This document shows, one piece after another, positions 20,747 through 31,432 of a stretch of 64,000 bases of DNA (within the stretch, counting starts at the first letter, position 1; each line of letters begins with the position of its first letter). The translations under genes were made by a program, and so were the position numbers. The notes beneath the pieces are model-generated. The model was not told the DNA's origin. It was given only the letters and a program-made list of their open reading frames with translations, and did not search any database. Location: the NCBI GenBank assembly GCA_965372715.1, contig CBDVDH010000015.1:2779-66778 (forward strand), written 5' to 3'. Source of the stretch: an uncultured bacterium. Its GTDB lineage: Bacteria > B130-G9.

Positions 20747-23590
20747 GTGGGGACCGCCTTTCAAACACTTGCCCGCAGCCTAGCATCTGGATGCCATCCG
20801 CGCTTCGGAGCGAAGTTATTCTGGAGCTTCATCCTTATCCTTCTTTGGGGGGGCCTCTTCATACTTCCGAGTGCTTGGGCTCAGGAGCCTAGACCCCACA
20901 GATGGACATCGACGTTGGGACCGCCCGGGGGGCTGGGCTACGACACACGCATCGACCCGCGCGACCCCAACATCGTCTATACAACCGACCAGTGGGCGGG
21001 CATGTGCATGAGCTACGATGGCGGCTATACATGGCACCCGAGAAACGAGGGCATCACAAGCAGATTCGGGCCGTCGCTCGACTCGGTTCCGATTTTCTGT
21101 TGCACGATTGACCCATACGACTCCAACATCGTTTGGTGCGGGACTTATGGGATGCGTGGGGTCTATAAGTCATTCGACAAGGGGGAGAGCTGGGTCAAAA
21201 TGGACCGCGGGATACCCGACCTCGAGGCGATGTCGTTCAGGTCCTTCACGATCAACCCCGACGACACAAATATCGTCTATACTGGGGTGGAGATTCCGGT
21301 CATCGGCCAGAATAAGTCGCGAGGCATGATATTCAAGACGACCGACGGTGGGGACAACTGGTTCACGGTTTTGGAGTGCGACGCCCTGGTTCGGTACATC
21401 GTGATCGACCCGGAGGACACGGACGTTGTCTATACGGCAACCGGCATATTTGATAGGTGGGACGTGGTCCCCGAGGGCATACTTAAGTCCGATGACGGAG
21501 GCGCAACCTGGTATCCCGTCAACAATGGCATCGACAACCTTGTGGTTGGGGGCCTGACTATGCACCCGTTCGACCACAACACGCTCTTCTGCGCGACGGG
21601 CCGGCACGAGGGTTTCGGCCCAGAGCCAGAGCCACGGCACGGCTCCATCCTAAAGACCACGGATGGGGGCCAGAGCTGGACGGAGATCGGGCCGGCGTAT
21701 CGCTGTTGGAACGCAGTGGAGGTTGACCGGAGCGATCCTGACATCATCTACGCATCAAGCGAATGGCAGTTTGCGAGAAGCTACGATGGAGGAGAGTCGT
21801 GGCAGACGATGCCTCTGGGCCTGCCGGACGTCTATTCAGGTGTTCCGATAACCATAACGATCGACCCCACCAACCCGGACAAGGTGTTTGTGAACTCCTA
21901 CACGGGCGGGCTGTATCTGTCTTTGGACGCCGGCGCCACCTGGATGAATGCAATGAACGGTTTCACTGGCGCCGAGCTGACCGACATCGCCATGGACCCC
22001 AACAGTCCGTCCGTTGTTTTTACCGTGGGGCGACCCGGCCCGTTCAAGAGCTTTGATGGCGGCCTCAACTGGTTGGGAACCGGGGGAATGTCCGGCGTCC
22101 AACCAAGGCCAGAGTGGTCGGCCGTTTGCGTCAAACCGGACGAGACGAACGTTGTCCTTGCTGCCGACCAGTTCTATGGGGAGCTATACAGGACTCTGGA
22201 CCGCGGGGAATCCTGGGACATCCTGCTGGTCATCATTCCGGTTGACCAGGTCCAATACCCTCTTTCTATTCAGGGGATCAAGACAATTGTCTTTGCGCCC
22301 TCCGATCCCTCGGTTGTCTATGCAGGCGCGAGGATACCCGATAAGACGATCGAGTTCGACCGAATGACCCCTTACGATACCACCCGTCCGAGCATGGGGG
22401 TCTATAAATCGACGGACGGGGGCGATACCTGGGTTCAGATGAACGATGGTCTGGAGAAGACCACAAAGAACATCAATCAGATCGTTGTGCACCCGCACGA
22501 CCCCGACACCGCCTATGCCGCGACGCTCAACTCCGGCGTTTACAAGACAGTTGACGGCGGCGGCCACTGGATTGACATAAACTTCGGGATAACCAGAATG
22601 GACATCAGGTCAATAGCCATAGACCCCAACAACACAGACGTGTTATATGCGGGGGCTGAAAACGCCGGGATATTCAAGAGTGAGGACGGCGGTTTGAGTT
22701 GGGTTCAGGCTAATGTAGGACTAGATGCCGAGGCAACCATACGTGACCTAGCGGTCGGTCCACTCAACAGCAATCGGGTCTATGCGGGCGACTGGCACAC
22801 CGGCGCATACATCTCGGAGGATGCCGGCGGGGTCTGGATGCACATAAATGAGGGCCTTGAGAACCGAGCGATAACGGCGCTCGACATCTCCGCGGACGGG
22901 TCAGTCCTTTACGCAGCCACCCAGGGCGGCGGCGTCTTCAGACTTGGGGATGTGGAGACGACGGCGACCCTCATGGGCCGGGTTCTGGATGCTGTAACCG
23001 GCGAGCCGGTTCAATCTGCGCTCGTTGCCCTTGACTCGACGACGTCAACTGTGCGAACCGACACAGACGGCAACTTCACGATAGAGAACCTGCCCGCACG
23101 AGCATACTCTCTTGACGTCTCCGCCTCGACCTACAAATCCTACCAGGAAGGCGACGTTCTGCTTATCGGGGGCCAGACTAAGATAACGGAGATAACGCTC
23201 TGTAGAAGACTGTATCCGGCGCTCTTCCCCTTGGTCAATGGTACCGTTTTCGTGCCCGGCGATACACTTAGACTCGATGCGCGCCTTGAGCACAAGGGCC
23301 CATCGATACACATCGATGTCTATCTGGCAATCGATACCCCTGGGGGATTGCTTTTCTTCGATGGTCTAGGCTTTACATCGGACATAGTGGGCTTCCCGTT
23401 TTTCGCCATGACCGGAACTGACTTGTTCTTCCAGATCGCTGAGATGTCTATTACAGAGCATTTTCCGTCAGGGCAGTACTCTGCCTATGGCGCCGTGACA
23501 ACATCCGGCGCTTATGACCTCTATTCGGCGACTAGGGCTACTTCATTTGAGGTAGCAGCATCCCAATTGAGAAACGGAGAGAACCGATAA
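20747..23590 (+). CDS. Secreted BNR/Asp-box (VPS10-like) beta-propeller protein with carboxypeptidase-regulatory-like domain and shared C-terminal domain
   Basis: More than 12 SxDGGxTW repeats, GRVLDAVTGEPVQSALV, C-terminal domain like that of 16903-18552. Confidence 0.88.
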   Translation: MGTAFQTLARSLASGCHPRFGAKLFWSFILILLWGGLFILPSAWAQEPRPHRWTSTLGPPGGLGYDTRIDPRDPNIVYTTDQWAGMCMSYDGGYTWHPRNEGITSRFGPSLDSVPIFCCTIDPYDSNIVWCGTYGMRGVYKSFDKGESWVKMDRGIPDLEAMSFRSFTINPDDTNIVYTGVEIPVIGQNKSRGMIFKTTDGGDNWFTVLECDALVRYIVIDPEDTDVVYTATGIFDRWDVVPEGILKSDDGGATWYPVNNGIDNLVVGGLTMHPFDHNTLFCATGRHEGFGPEPEPRHGSILKTTDGGQSWTEIGPAYRCWNAVEVDRSDPDIIYASSEWQFARSYDGGESWQTMPLGLPDVYSGVPITITIDPTNPDKVFVNSYTGGLYLSLDAGATWMNAMNGFTGAELTDIAMDPNSPSVVFTVGRPGPFKSFDGGLNWLGTGGMSGVQPRPEWSAVCVKPDETNVVLAADQFYGELYRTLDRGESWDILLVIIPVDQVQYPLSIQGIKTIVFAPSDPSVVYAGARIPDKTIEFDRMTPYDTTRPSMGVYKSTDGGDTWVQMNDGLEKTTKNINQIVVHPHDPDTAYAATLNSGVYKTVDGGGHWIDINFGITRMDIRSIAIDPNNTDVLYAGAENAGIFKSEDGGLSWVQANVGLDAEATIRDLAVGPLNSNRVYAGDWHTGAYISEDAGGVWMHINEGLENRAITALDISADGSVLYAATQGGGVFRLGDVETTATLMGRVLDAVTGEPVQSALVALDSTTSTVRTDTDGNFTIENLPARAYSLDVSASTYKSYQEGDVLLIGGQTKITEITLCRRLYPALFPLVNGTVFVPGDTLRLDARLEHKGPSIHIDVYLAIDTPGGLLFFDGLGFTSDIVGFPFFAMTGTDLFFQIAEMSITEHFPSGQYSAYGAVTTSGAYDLYSATRATSFEVAASQLRNGENR

Positions 23591-26500
23591 TGAACCGGAT
23601 AGACTCTGGCGTCTTGAGGCTAATGGCCATCCTGGCGATCATTGCTGTTGCGTCGGGGTGCTCGCGGGATGTTCTTGCAGACGAGGCCCAGGAAGGGTAT
23701 TCGCCTAGCATCCTGCTCGTTGACGACAGTGCGTCCTTCTTCTTGACAAGCACCGCATACTATCTCACGGAGGCGCTCGATCATATCGGCTTTGAATACG
23801 ACACGTTCAGCATAGCTGAGTCGGCGACTTCACCCAGTGTGGCTCTTCTTTCGTCCTACGAGATTGTGGTCTATTCTGTTGGCGGGAGCGGTTTCGGTCT
23901 TTACCGCGGCGAGGGCGCCAGAAGAGTCATGGCTTACCTGGATGCTGGTGGGGCACTTCTCCTCTCGGCCGGCGAGCATGCGTATCAGAACACGGAGAGT
24001 CTGCTGCTCGAATACATGCACGTCGCGTATGATTACTACACGCGACCACTTCTGATACTTGGCGCGCCGCACGATCCTATTGGGTCCGGCATGTCCTTCT
24101 CAACGGAATCACCCTTCGGCAATAGAGATTTTTTCATGCTCGTCAGGCCACTCGATGAATACGCTCAGGTCTTCATGACCATGAGTTCCGAGTCACTAGT
24201 CAATGGGGCGGCAGTTCGCCTGCCGGCCGATGGAACCACGCTTCATTACCGTGCAGTGTACCTCTCCTTTGCCCTCGAGGCGCTAGTTGACATTGAGGGG
24301 CGCCCGAGCGGCCGCGATGAACTCCTTCGTCGGATCATCCGTTGGCTACACGACACGACGCCTCCGTCAATCGTCCGCGCCTCGCCTATGCCGGATGAGC
24401 AGGCGGCTCAGACGAACCCCACGATATCGATCGAGTTGTCCGACGAGGGGACAGGAGTTGATCCCAGCAGCATTGAATTACTTGTGGATGGAGACGTCGT
24501 GGAATTCGAGACGCAGGAGCTCATGGATTCTGTCATCGTCCTCTATTCGCCGGATGAGCATCTTGCGCCCGGCTCTGAGATGGTCATTGAGATCGTTTGT
24601 GCGGATAGGTCCCCGACACCGAATCAGATGGAGTCATATCGATATACCTTCACGATTCGACCGGATGCCGTGCCGGACACCGAGCCGCCCTTTGTGGAGG
24701 ACTTCGGGCCTGCTGGTGTCGTTGAGAATCCAGCCGACCCGTTCTCGGTTTTCGCGATGATAGGCGACAACGGAACGGGCGTTGCCATTGGCAGCCTTGT
24801 GATGACGGTCAACGGCCGGGATGTCAATGCCAGTATCAAGCGCGCCGATGAGGGATGGATGATGACCTATATAGGTAAGGGAGAGTTCGGTTTGAACAGG
24901 AGTTACGACGTTGAGATAACGGGTCAGGACCTCGCCGCGCCGCCCAACGTAATGGCGTCCCATTCTTTCTCGTTCTCAATTGGCGCCGACGTGTGGCCGC
25001 CGATTCTCATCTCCACGTCACCGCCGGACGGAGCGGTGGTCGATCTCGACGAGTTGTTCGGGGAGACGTCGAGCGGGATTTCTGCCTTCATAAGGGATTG
25101 CGGCGGCCGAATAGACGCAGATTCGGTCCGAATGACGATCAACGACGCGATTGTCAGTCCCACGCTGTTCATGATGTTCAACAGCGCGAAAGTGAATTAC
25201 TACGGGAGCAGCGGTCGATTCGAGTATGGGCAGCAAGTTAGGGTGGAGCTGTCCGCAAGCGACGATGCCCCGTCGCAGAATGCAATGGAACCTGTGTCCT
25301 GGACGTTCCGTTTCGCGGAGGACGGCGCGCCGCCGAGAGTTCTCATAACAATTCCGGCCCACCAAGAGCGAGATGTGCCCCGGAATACTCATGTGTTTGC
25401 CGTCGTCTCAGATGACGTGGCGCCGGAGAGCGTATCATCTGATACGCTGCGGGTGGAGAGTGACCCGGGTGGGGTTTGGCAAGGGCAGCTGGTATATGAT
25501 CCCTACGCCGCTTGTATCCATTTCACACCCTATGAGTACTTCCCATCCGGCGCGACCGTTTCCGTCACGGTATATGATTCCCTGATGGACAGAGGAGGTA
25601 ACGCCCTGCAAGAGCCCTATCACTTTGAATTCAGAACGTCCGGTCAGTATGACTTCGATCCGCCAGATGTAACATCCTTCAGGGAGGGAAGCGTTGGCGA
25701 CAGGGCGATTAGATGCCAATGGAACGTCTCCCCAGACCCCGCCTTCTTCAAGGTCTATTACGACAGTGATGGCTGCTGTGAGCCATACGAGGGGACAGAC
25801 GCCGACCAGGGCCCCTCGCCGTTCAAGGTCTTCCGGCAAACCGCCATCGACGTTACAGGCCTAGACAACCAGAGAACCTACTACTTTGCCGTGACCGAAG
25901 TGGACGCTTGCGCAAACGAGAGTGACTATACTGTGGAGGAGTATGTGGCCTCGCCCGAAGAACTGCTCGATGCTCCCACTCTGGGCACTGTCGTCGCCGG
26001 CGCGGGCTCAGCGCTGCTTCAGTGGTCGAGGCCTGATAACCTGTTTGTGACCGGCTACCGCGTCCATTATCGAGCGATTGATGTCGAGGTCAGTGAAACT
26101 CAATCTGGTCAGGATTTCAGCACTCTGGATGTTGGGCTCACGAGGGATTATACGCTGAAAGGTCTTACAAACGGTGTTCAATATGAGCTCTTCGTGACGG
26201 CGTTCGACGAACTGGGCCAGGACGGGCACGCATCGAACGTTATGACTGTTCGCCCAGCAGCAGATGTTGACTGGTTCCAGATTGAACCCGCCGGGCCCAC
26301 GCCCTACCCGCGCTTCAATCACCAGGTCGTCCTCGACCCCGCTCGCAAGCGCGTCTATGTCTTAGGCGGAACTCCTGACTACGAGGAGGAGGACATCCTA
26401 TACGTTCTGGATCTTGAACGCCTCAGATGGGAGCAGGTGCCGACATACGGGCCTTTCCCGACGTTCGGTCGATGTCTGGCGCACTTTGATTCCGCCCGTG

Positions 26501-27687
26501 ACTGCATCTGGATGCTCGCGTTTGACATGAATGTCTATCAGCTCGTCCTGCCCGACCATGTTTGGGTCAAGTATGAGCCTGTCGGAGAGGCCCCAGTGTT
26601 TGAACCCTCCGAAGGCACGCCGCTTATCGGGTCTGGGTTTCTCGACGCGTCGCGCAACCGCCTGCTTTATTATGGGGCATACCTCATGAGTTCCAGCGGC
26701 GAATTCGTGACCGACTTCTACGCCTTTGACCTTCAGACACATGAATGGAGCACCTTTGAGTGCGATGGTTTCTGCCCTTCGACCATCTATCTGACAGCGA
26801 TGGCCTATGCTGAGGCCCTCGACCGCGCATTCCTGTTCGGGGGCTTGGGTGAGGATGGCTTCACAAGCAACATGTTCATACTCGATCCAGAATCGTTGCT
26901 CTGGTTTTCTATGCCGCTCGACGGCGTTGCGCCAACGGAGACCTATATTCACGACATGCGATACGATTCCGACTTCAACAGGATAATCGTATTTGGGGGA
27001 AGAACGTCTAATTTCTCGGTCTCCAACGCAATCTTCTCCTATGACATCAGCGGAAACAGTTGGACCGACCTGGCACCGATACTCACAGGAATCCCCAGGC
27101 CGCCTATCGTCCGCACGCCTATCCTCATGATACCCGCTGGGGTGGTGGGCCCCTATGGCTACATGATGATAGTCTGCGGGTATGATTATCAAGAGATGTT
27201 TGACGACGTTTATTGCCTGAGACTCTATGATTTCACAGCTGATGCAACCCCTCCCGCGAGAGTTGACGACTTGGGCGCCCACCTGAGCGAGGATGGGAGC
27301 CTCGTGCGTCTTCACTGGACTGCGCCGGGCGATGATGGCTCGCTTGGCCGTGCTGAAGGCTACGACGTGCGTTTTTCGATGGCGCCGATCAGCACTGAGG
27401 AGGATTTCGAGGCGGCGCCGCTGGCCCCGGTGCTCATTTTCCCATCGTTCCCGGGCACCACTGAGAACCTATTATTTGACCTGCCGGAGGCCAACAGGCG
27501 ATACTACTTCGCTCTCAAAGCGTTTGACGAGGCGATGAACTACTCAGAGCTCTCCAACTGCGCAAGCGCTGGACTCAACCCTGAATTGCCATCGCCGCAT
27601 CAGCTTGAGAACGGCGCCATAGCGCCAAATCTGCGCGATTCTGACGACTCCAGGACCACAATTGAGAACAGCCCAATCCTCAGATAG
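23590..27687 (+). CDS. Large secreted protein with Ig-like repeats, FN3 and Kelch domains
   Basis: Repeated DTTPP...DEGTGVDPSSIELLVDG Ig-like units, FN3 (YYFAVTEVDACANES; WTAPGDDG), Kelch-type VYVLGG / LFGG repeats. Confidence 0.85.
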   Translation: MNRIDSGVLRLMAILAIIAVASGCSRDVLADEAQEGYSPSILLVDDSASFFLTSTAYYLTEALDHIGFEYDTFSIAESATSPSVALLSSYEIVVYSVGGSGFGLYRGEGARRVMAYLDAGGALLLSAGEHAYQNTESLLLEYMHVAYDYYTRPLLILGAPHDPIGSGMSFSTESPFGNRDFFMLVRPLDEYAQVFMTMSSESLVNGAAVRLPADGTTLHYRAVYLSFALEALVDIEGRPSGRDELLRRIIRWLHDTTPPSIVRASPMPDEQAAQTNPTISIELSDEGTGVDPSSIELLVDGDVVEFETQELMDSVIVLYSPDEHLAPGSEMVIEIVCADRSPTPNQMESYRYTFTIRPDAVPDTEPPFVEDFGPAGVVENPADPFSVFAMIGDNGTGVAIGSLVMTVNGRDVNASIKRADEGWMMTYIGKGEFGLNRSYDVEITGQDLAAPPNVMASHSFSFSIGADVWPPILISTSPPDGAVVDLDELFGETSSGISAFIRDCGGRIDADSVRMTINDAIVSPTLFMMFNSAKVNYYGSSGRFEYGQQVRVELSASDDAPSQNAMEPVSWTFRFAEDGAPPRVLITIPAHQERDVPRNTHVFAVVSDDVAPESVSSDTLRVESDPGGVWQGQLVYDPYAACIHFTPYEYFPSGATVSVTVYDSLMDRGGNALQEPYHFEFRTSGQYDFDPPDVTSFREGSVGDRAIRCQWNVSPDPAFFKVYYDSDGCCEPYEGTDADQGPSPFKVFRQTAIDVTGLDNQRTYYFAVTEVDACANESDYTVEEYVASPEELLDAPTLGTVVAGAGSALLQWSRPDNLFVTGYRVHYRAIDVEVSETQSGQDFSTLDVGLTRDYTLKGLTNGVQYELFVTAFDELGQDGHASNVMTVRPAADVDWFQIEPAGPTPYPRFNHQVVLDPARKRVYVLGGTPDYEEEDILYVLDLERLRWEQVPTYGPFPTFGRCLAHFDSARDCIWMLAFDMNVYQLVLPDHVWVKYEPVGEAPVFEPSEGTPLIGSGFLDASRNRLLYYGAYLMSSSGEFVTDFYAFDLQTHEWSTFECDGFCPSTIYLTAMAYAEALDRAFLFGGLGEDGFTSNMFILDPESLLWFSMPLDGVAPTETYIHDMRYDSDFNRIIVFGGRTSNFSVSNAIFSYDISGNSWTDLAPILTGIPRPPIVRTPILMIPAGVVGPYGYMMIVCGYDYQEMFDDVYCLRLYDFTADATPPARVDDLGAHLSEDGSLVRLHWTAPGDDGSLGRAEGYDVRFSMAPISTEEDFEAAPLAPVLIFPSFPGTTENLLFDLPEANRRYYFALKAFDEAMNYSELSNCASAGLNPELPSPHQLENGAIAPNLRDSDDSRTTIENSPILR

Positions 27688-28513
27688 AGCGAGCACCCGC
27701 GCATCCCTGATCATTTCTTGCATCGCTCTTTTGGCCGCAACTGCGCTTCATGTCGGCTGTAGAGAAACCGTCCAAATTCGCTATTGCTTCGACGAGGCAA
27801 AGCTGTTGCTTTATGACCTCCATGTGGAGGCCTCTTTACTCCCCGATATCGCGTTCAGCGCACGGGGAGAGGCGATATGGCGTTGCCTCAAGCGTGAGCC
27901 CGGCGAATCTGATCTTGAGATCACGCTTCGGGACCTTGTCGTTACCCGAGACCGGGCCCCGGTTCCGCACAAGACCCCGAGGCAGAGCGAAGCGGCGATC
28001 AGATTCAGGATGTCCGATCGGGGCGATATAGTTGTCGCAGACCAAGAAGCCGACAACTACGGCGCGAATCCCGCGAAGATGGTGCTTGAGGCGCTGCTCG
28101 ATGCGGTTCCGCGACTGCCAGCGTGCCCGATCGGCGAAAACGACGGCTGGACTGCACAGTCCAGGGAGGCCGCGACCAGCTTGCTCCAGCAAGAAGCGAA
28201 CCAGGTGTTAGTTCGATACGAATGTGTCGTTGAAGAGGTCCCAATCCTGTTCGGCGGCGTCGTCCTGTCTCTTTCGTCGTCGTTCGAGAGCGAAGCTCAG
28301 AATGATTCCTCCGAGCCGCTGATTTCTGGGCGCGGAGAGGGCAGAATCGTCCTACGCCCCGATGATTGCACGATAAAGAGCCTTGTGCATGAGACCTGGG
28401 CGGTGATTGCGCTCCCCCAATCCCCAGGGCAAGAAAGAACCGACGCTCCAAGGGCTTCGTACCGCATGAGACTCGCACTCAATCTCATTGAAGAACGCGA
28501 GGTTGCAGAATGA
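27662..28513 (+). CDS. Hypothetical exported protein, probable lipoprotein
   Basis: Hydrophobic stretch ending LHVGC; overlaps both neighbours as in an operon. Confidence 0.55.
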   Translation: MRTAQSSDRASTRASLIISCIALLAATALHVGCRETVQIRYCFDEAKLLLYDLHVEASLLPDIAFSARGEAIWRCLKREPGESDLEITLRDLVVTRDRAPVPHKTPRQSEAAIRFRMSDRGDIVVADQEADNYGANPAKMVLEALLDAVPRLPACPIGENDGWTAQSREAATSLLQQEANQVLVRYECVVEEVPILFGGVVLSLSSSFESEAQNDSSEPLISGRGEGRIVLRPDDCTIKSLVHETWAVIALPQSPGQERTDAPRASYRMRLALNLIEEREVAE

Positions 28514-29862
28514 AGATCGCTTTTTTTGGCGTTCTGTCACCCATTCGTTCGGGCGTCGCCGACTATTCCCGGAATCTACTCCCCGAGCTCAAGAAACTTA
28601 TGGACATCGACGTATTCATCGACGACTACGACTCTGACGATGAGGGCATAACGTCGCAGTTCGAGGTGTTCAACTACCTACGCTTCGAGAGGCGCCTCGA
28701 GACCGAGAGATATGACGCAATTGTCTATCAGATGGGCAACGACCTTCACCACAGGTTCATGTATCACATCGTCTTCAACTTCCCTGGCGTCGTCGTCCTG
28801 CATGACTTCAACCTTCACCCATCGAGAGCCAGCATGCTCCGCGCGACCGGCGACGAGGCGACATACGCCCGCGAGTTAGAGGAATGCCTGGGCCCAAAGG
28901 GCCCCGAGGTCGCGCGCCTCGTCATGGCAGGCGACCAGTTCAACGCGCTGCTGGATACGTTCCCGATGAACGAGAAGGTCCTAAGGAGCAGCCTGGCCGC
29001 CATCGTGCATAACCCCTACGTCAAGCGGATGGTCAAGATAGCGGCCCCGGATACCCCCGCGAGCCTCGTTAATATGGGCATCCCCGTGTGCAAGAACGTC
29101 TTGAAGAAGGCTCAGGCCCGAAGGAAGCTGAACCTGCCGCTTGGGAAGTTCGTCGTCCTTTGTCCAGGCTTTGTTGGGCCCCACAGAAAGCCCGACGTAG
29201 CGCTGGACGGCTTCGCGCAGCTCCTCAAGAAACATCCCAACGCTCTACTCATAATCATAGGAGACCCCGACCCCAGAGTTGACATCGCCAGCAAGATCAA
29301 CCGTCGCGGCCTGGCCGAATCGGTCAGACTGCGAAGCTACGTCCCAGACGAGACGTTTGGCAACTACATTGCCGCGTCGGACGTTGTTTTGAACCTCAGG
29401 ACGAACAAGATCCGTGAGACCTCCGCCACAATGCTGACCGCAATGTCGCTCGGAAGGCCCGTCGTGGCGACCCGTCTCGTCCACAGCTGCCACCTGCCAG
29501 CCGGCGCATGCCTTTTCGTGGAGCATTCCCCTACCGAGGCGGACGACGTCGCGCAGCGCCTCGAACAGCTATGGTCCAACCCCAAGGAGGGCGAGAACAT
29601 TGGCAAGGCCGCCCAGACCTATATAAGGCAAAACCACAGCATCAAGCAGGCGGCCCAGGGCTACAAGACCGCCATCGACGCTGTGTTGGCTGAAACAGCA
29701 AAGGACACAAAGCACACGGAGCGGGCCAAGACCCTCCGCGAGCGCCTCTCCTGGCTCGACGAGGAGAAGAGGCGCATCCTCAGCGACCTCTGCGGTGATT
29801 CGGAACACAAGCTGCTGGCCGATGAGCTGGAGCACGCGATGGCGGAGCTGGGCTTGGGCTAG
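28510..29862 (+). CDS. Glycosyltransferase family 4
   Basis: SPIRSGVADYS, YQMGNDLHH, VVVLHDFNLH, ETSATMLTAMSLGRPVV. Confidence 0.88.
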   Translation: MKIAFFGVLSPIRSGVADYSRNLLPELKKLMDIDVFIDDYDSDDEGITSQFEVFNYLRFERRLETERYDAIVYQMGNDLHHRFMYHIVFNFPGVVVLHDFNLHPSRASMLRATGDEATYARELEECLGPKGPEVARLVMAGDQFNALLDTFPMNEKVLRSSLAAIVHNPYVKRMVKIAAPDTPASLVNMGIPVCKNVLKKAQARRKLNLPLGKFVVLCPGFVGPHRKPDVALDGFAQLLKKHPNALLIIIGDPDPRVDIASKINRRGLAESVRLRSYVPDETFGNYIAASDVVLNLRTNKIRETSATMLTAMSLGRPVVATRLVHSCHLPAGACLFVEHSPTEADDVAQRLEQLWSNPKEGENIGKAAQTYIRQNHSIKQAAQGYKTAIDAVLAETAKDTKHTERAKTLRERLSWLDEEKRRILSDLCGDSEHKLLADELEHAMAELGLG

Positions 29863-29915
29863 CGCAGGCCATCATATCGCTGCGCAATCTGGCGCCGCAA
29901 TTTGCTTGGCTAATG

Positions 29916-29949
29916 TTGACAGTCTGTCCGGTATGACTTATAGTAATAC
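29916..29949 (+). promoter_or_regulatory. Sigma70 promoter with overlapping RHH operator for the mazEF-like pair
   Basis: TTGACA-17 bp-TATAGT; imperfect inverted repeat GTATGAC-N5-GTAATAC across the -10 box; GGAGG RBS follows. Confidence 0.75.
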
Positions 29950-29961
29950 CGGAGGTGAGAC

Positions 29962-30204
29962 ATGGAAACTGCAAAAGTCGCAATCAGCATAAACAAAGAG
30001 ACCCTGAAGCGCCTCGACCGTCTCGTGAAGGAACAGGTTTTCCCCAGTCGGAGCAGGGCGATTCAAGAGGCGATTGAGGACAAGCTCAACCGGCTGGATC
30101 GCACACGCCTTGCCCAGGAGTGCGCGAAGCTGGACCCGGTCGCCGAACAGGCAATCGCCGAAGAAGGCCTGTCCGAGGAGCTGGACCGATGGCCGGAATA
30201 CTAA
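29962..30204 (+). CDS. CopG/ribbon-helix-helix antitoxin
   Basis: [18 protein letters not shown]...[11 protein letters not shown]. Confidence 0.88.
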   Translation: METAKVAISINKETLKRLDRLVKEQVFPSRSRAIQEAIEDKLNRLDRTRLAQECAKLDPVAEQAIAEEGLSEELDRWPEY

Positions 30205-30527
30205 GGGGCGATATACGGTGGGCCGACCTCAATCCCGTCCGGGGACGTGAACAAGGCGGGAAACGCCCCGTCGTCATAATCAGCCAGGACGTGTTCAACG
30301 AACGTTCGGGCACGGTCATCGCAATGGCGATAACCAGTCAGCCCCAAAGAGCGGGCTTCCCCTTAACACTCACCCTGGAACCATCGAAACTGCCCAAGCC
30401 ATCATGGGTCAAGATAAGCCAAGTCCGAACGCTCTCGGCCGAACGAATCGGCGAGGTTGTAGATTCGCTCTCTCCAGAACAGATGGCGCAGTTGATCCAG
30501 GGACTAAACGAAATCATAGGCGGCTAG
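30189..30527 (+). CDS. mazF: PemK/MazF family endoribonuclease toxin
   Basis: [32 protein letters not shown]...[11 protein letters not shown]; start moved to ATG 30189. Confidence 0.92.
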   Translation: MAGILRGDIRWADLNPVRGREQGGKRPVVIISQDVFNERSGTVIAMAITSQPQRAGFPLTLTLEPSKLPKPSWVKISQVRTLSAERIGEVVDSLSPEQMAQLIQGLNEIIGG

Positions 30528-30666
30528 CCAAATTGTTTAGATGTGGGGACAGCCGCAGCGTGTCCCCACGCCCCTCCGCTGTTTTCGAGTCATGCGCCGA
30601 CACATTGCTGCGCAATCTGACGGCACCGCCACCAGCGACAAAGTCGCTGAGAGCGAGGCAGAGAGC

Positions 30667-30885
30667 TCACCTACGGTTTGTCATGTGACCGGCGAGCGTT
30701 TTGTTGTAGGGGCGGTTCACGAACCGCCCTTTATCGCTCGCGTGATCGACGTCGATGCCAACCAGATGCCCGTCCGCGTCGAAATCGAGAACGACGCCCG
30801 GCGCAACCTCTTTCGATTTCGTCCCGGGCTTGTCGATCAGATCGATGTAAAGAGAGTCGGTTTCTTCGTAATAATGCAGCTTCAC
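30667..30885 (-). CDS. DUF2283 family protein with REP-derived C-terminus
   Basis: MKLHYYEETDSLYIDL...EVAPGVVLDFDADGHLVGIDVDHAS; the tail GRFVNRPY is read from the REP at 30706-30729. Confidence 0.78.
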   Translation of the reverse strand: MKLHYYEETDSLYIDLIDKPGTKSKEVAPGVVLDFDADGHLVGIDVDHASDKGRFVNRPYNKTLAGHMTNRR

Positions 30886-30953
30886 GGCCGTTCCTCAGTG
30901 TCCTATCACATCCTTCTTAGGACAGGTGGGATCATTAATCCGCAAGAAAGACG

Positions 30954-31226
30954 CTAGTGTTCACGATAGATATGTCCCCGGGTGCCAACGGCCATAACCA
31001 GGACAGTTCGGGCGGCGTCATCCACAGTGTAAAGGACACGATAATCCCCGATGCGGAGTCGAAAAGACTGACTTCCGCTAAGCTTCTTTACTCTATGAGG
31101 TCTCGGGTCAGTTTCTAGCGCGAGAATAGCAGTTGCGACCCGCTCAAACATGCCGCTTGGCAGTTTGTCCATGCTCTTCTCAGCAGAACGCTTGATCTTG
31201 ATCGAGTATTTTTGGCCCTCTTTCAT
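30954..31226 (-). CDS. RelE/ParE family toxin
   Basis: LETDPRPHRVKKLSG...FRLRIGDYRVLYTVDD. Confidence 0.9.
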   Translation of the reverse strand: MKEGQKYSIKIKRSAEKSMDKLPSGMFERVATAILALETDPRPHRVKKLSGSQSFRLRIGDYRVLYTVDDAARTVLVMAVGTRGHIYREH

Positions 31227-31432
31227 GCTTGGTGCTTTTCAGCGAGGTACTCCCTAAATGGTCGGGAGGGCTCGTCGCGCCGGCTTTCTATCAGCGCTAG
31301 GTCCAACAGGTCCTCGGCCAAGCTTTTGTCGCTCGCGATGCCTGCCAGGACTGCGTCCCTGTCTTCCTTCGAGAGACTCTTGAGCGCCGTAAGAAAGACT
31401 TCGGCGATCGCTTCCTGACTCCTCATATTCAC
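31223..31432 (-). CDS. Probable antitoxin for the downstream RelE toxin
   Basis: Small protein (EDLLDLALIESRRDEPSRPFREYL) with ATGA overlap to the toxin and a GGAGG RBS. Confidence 0.75.
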   Translation of the reverse strand: MNMRSQEAIAEVFLTALKSLSKEDRDAVLAGIASDKSLAEDLLDLALIESRRDEPSRPFREYLAEKHQA

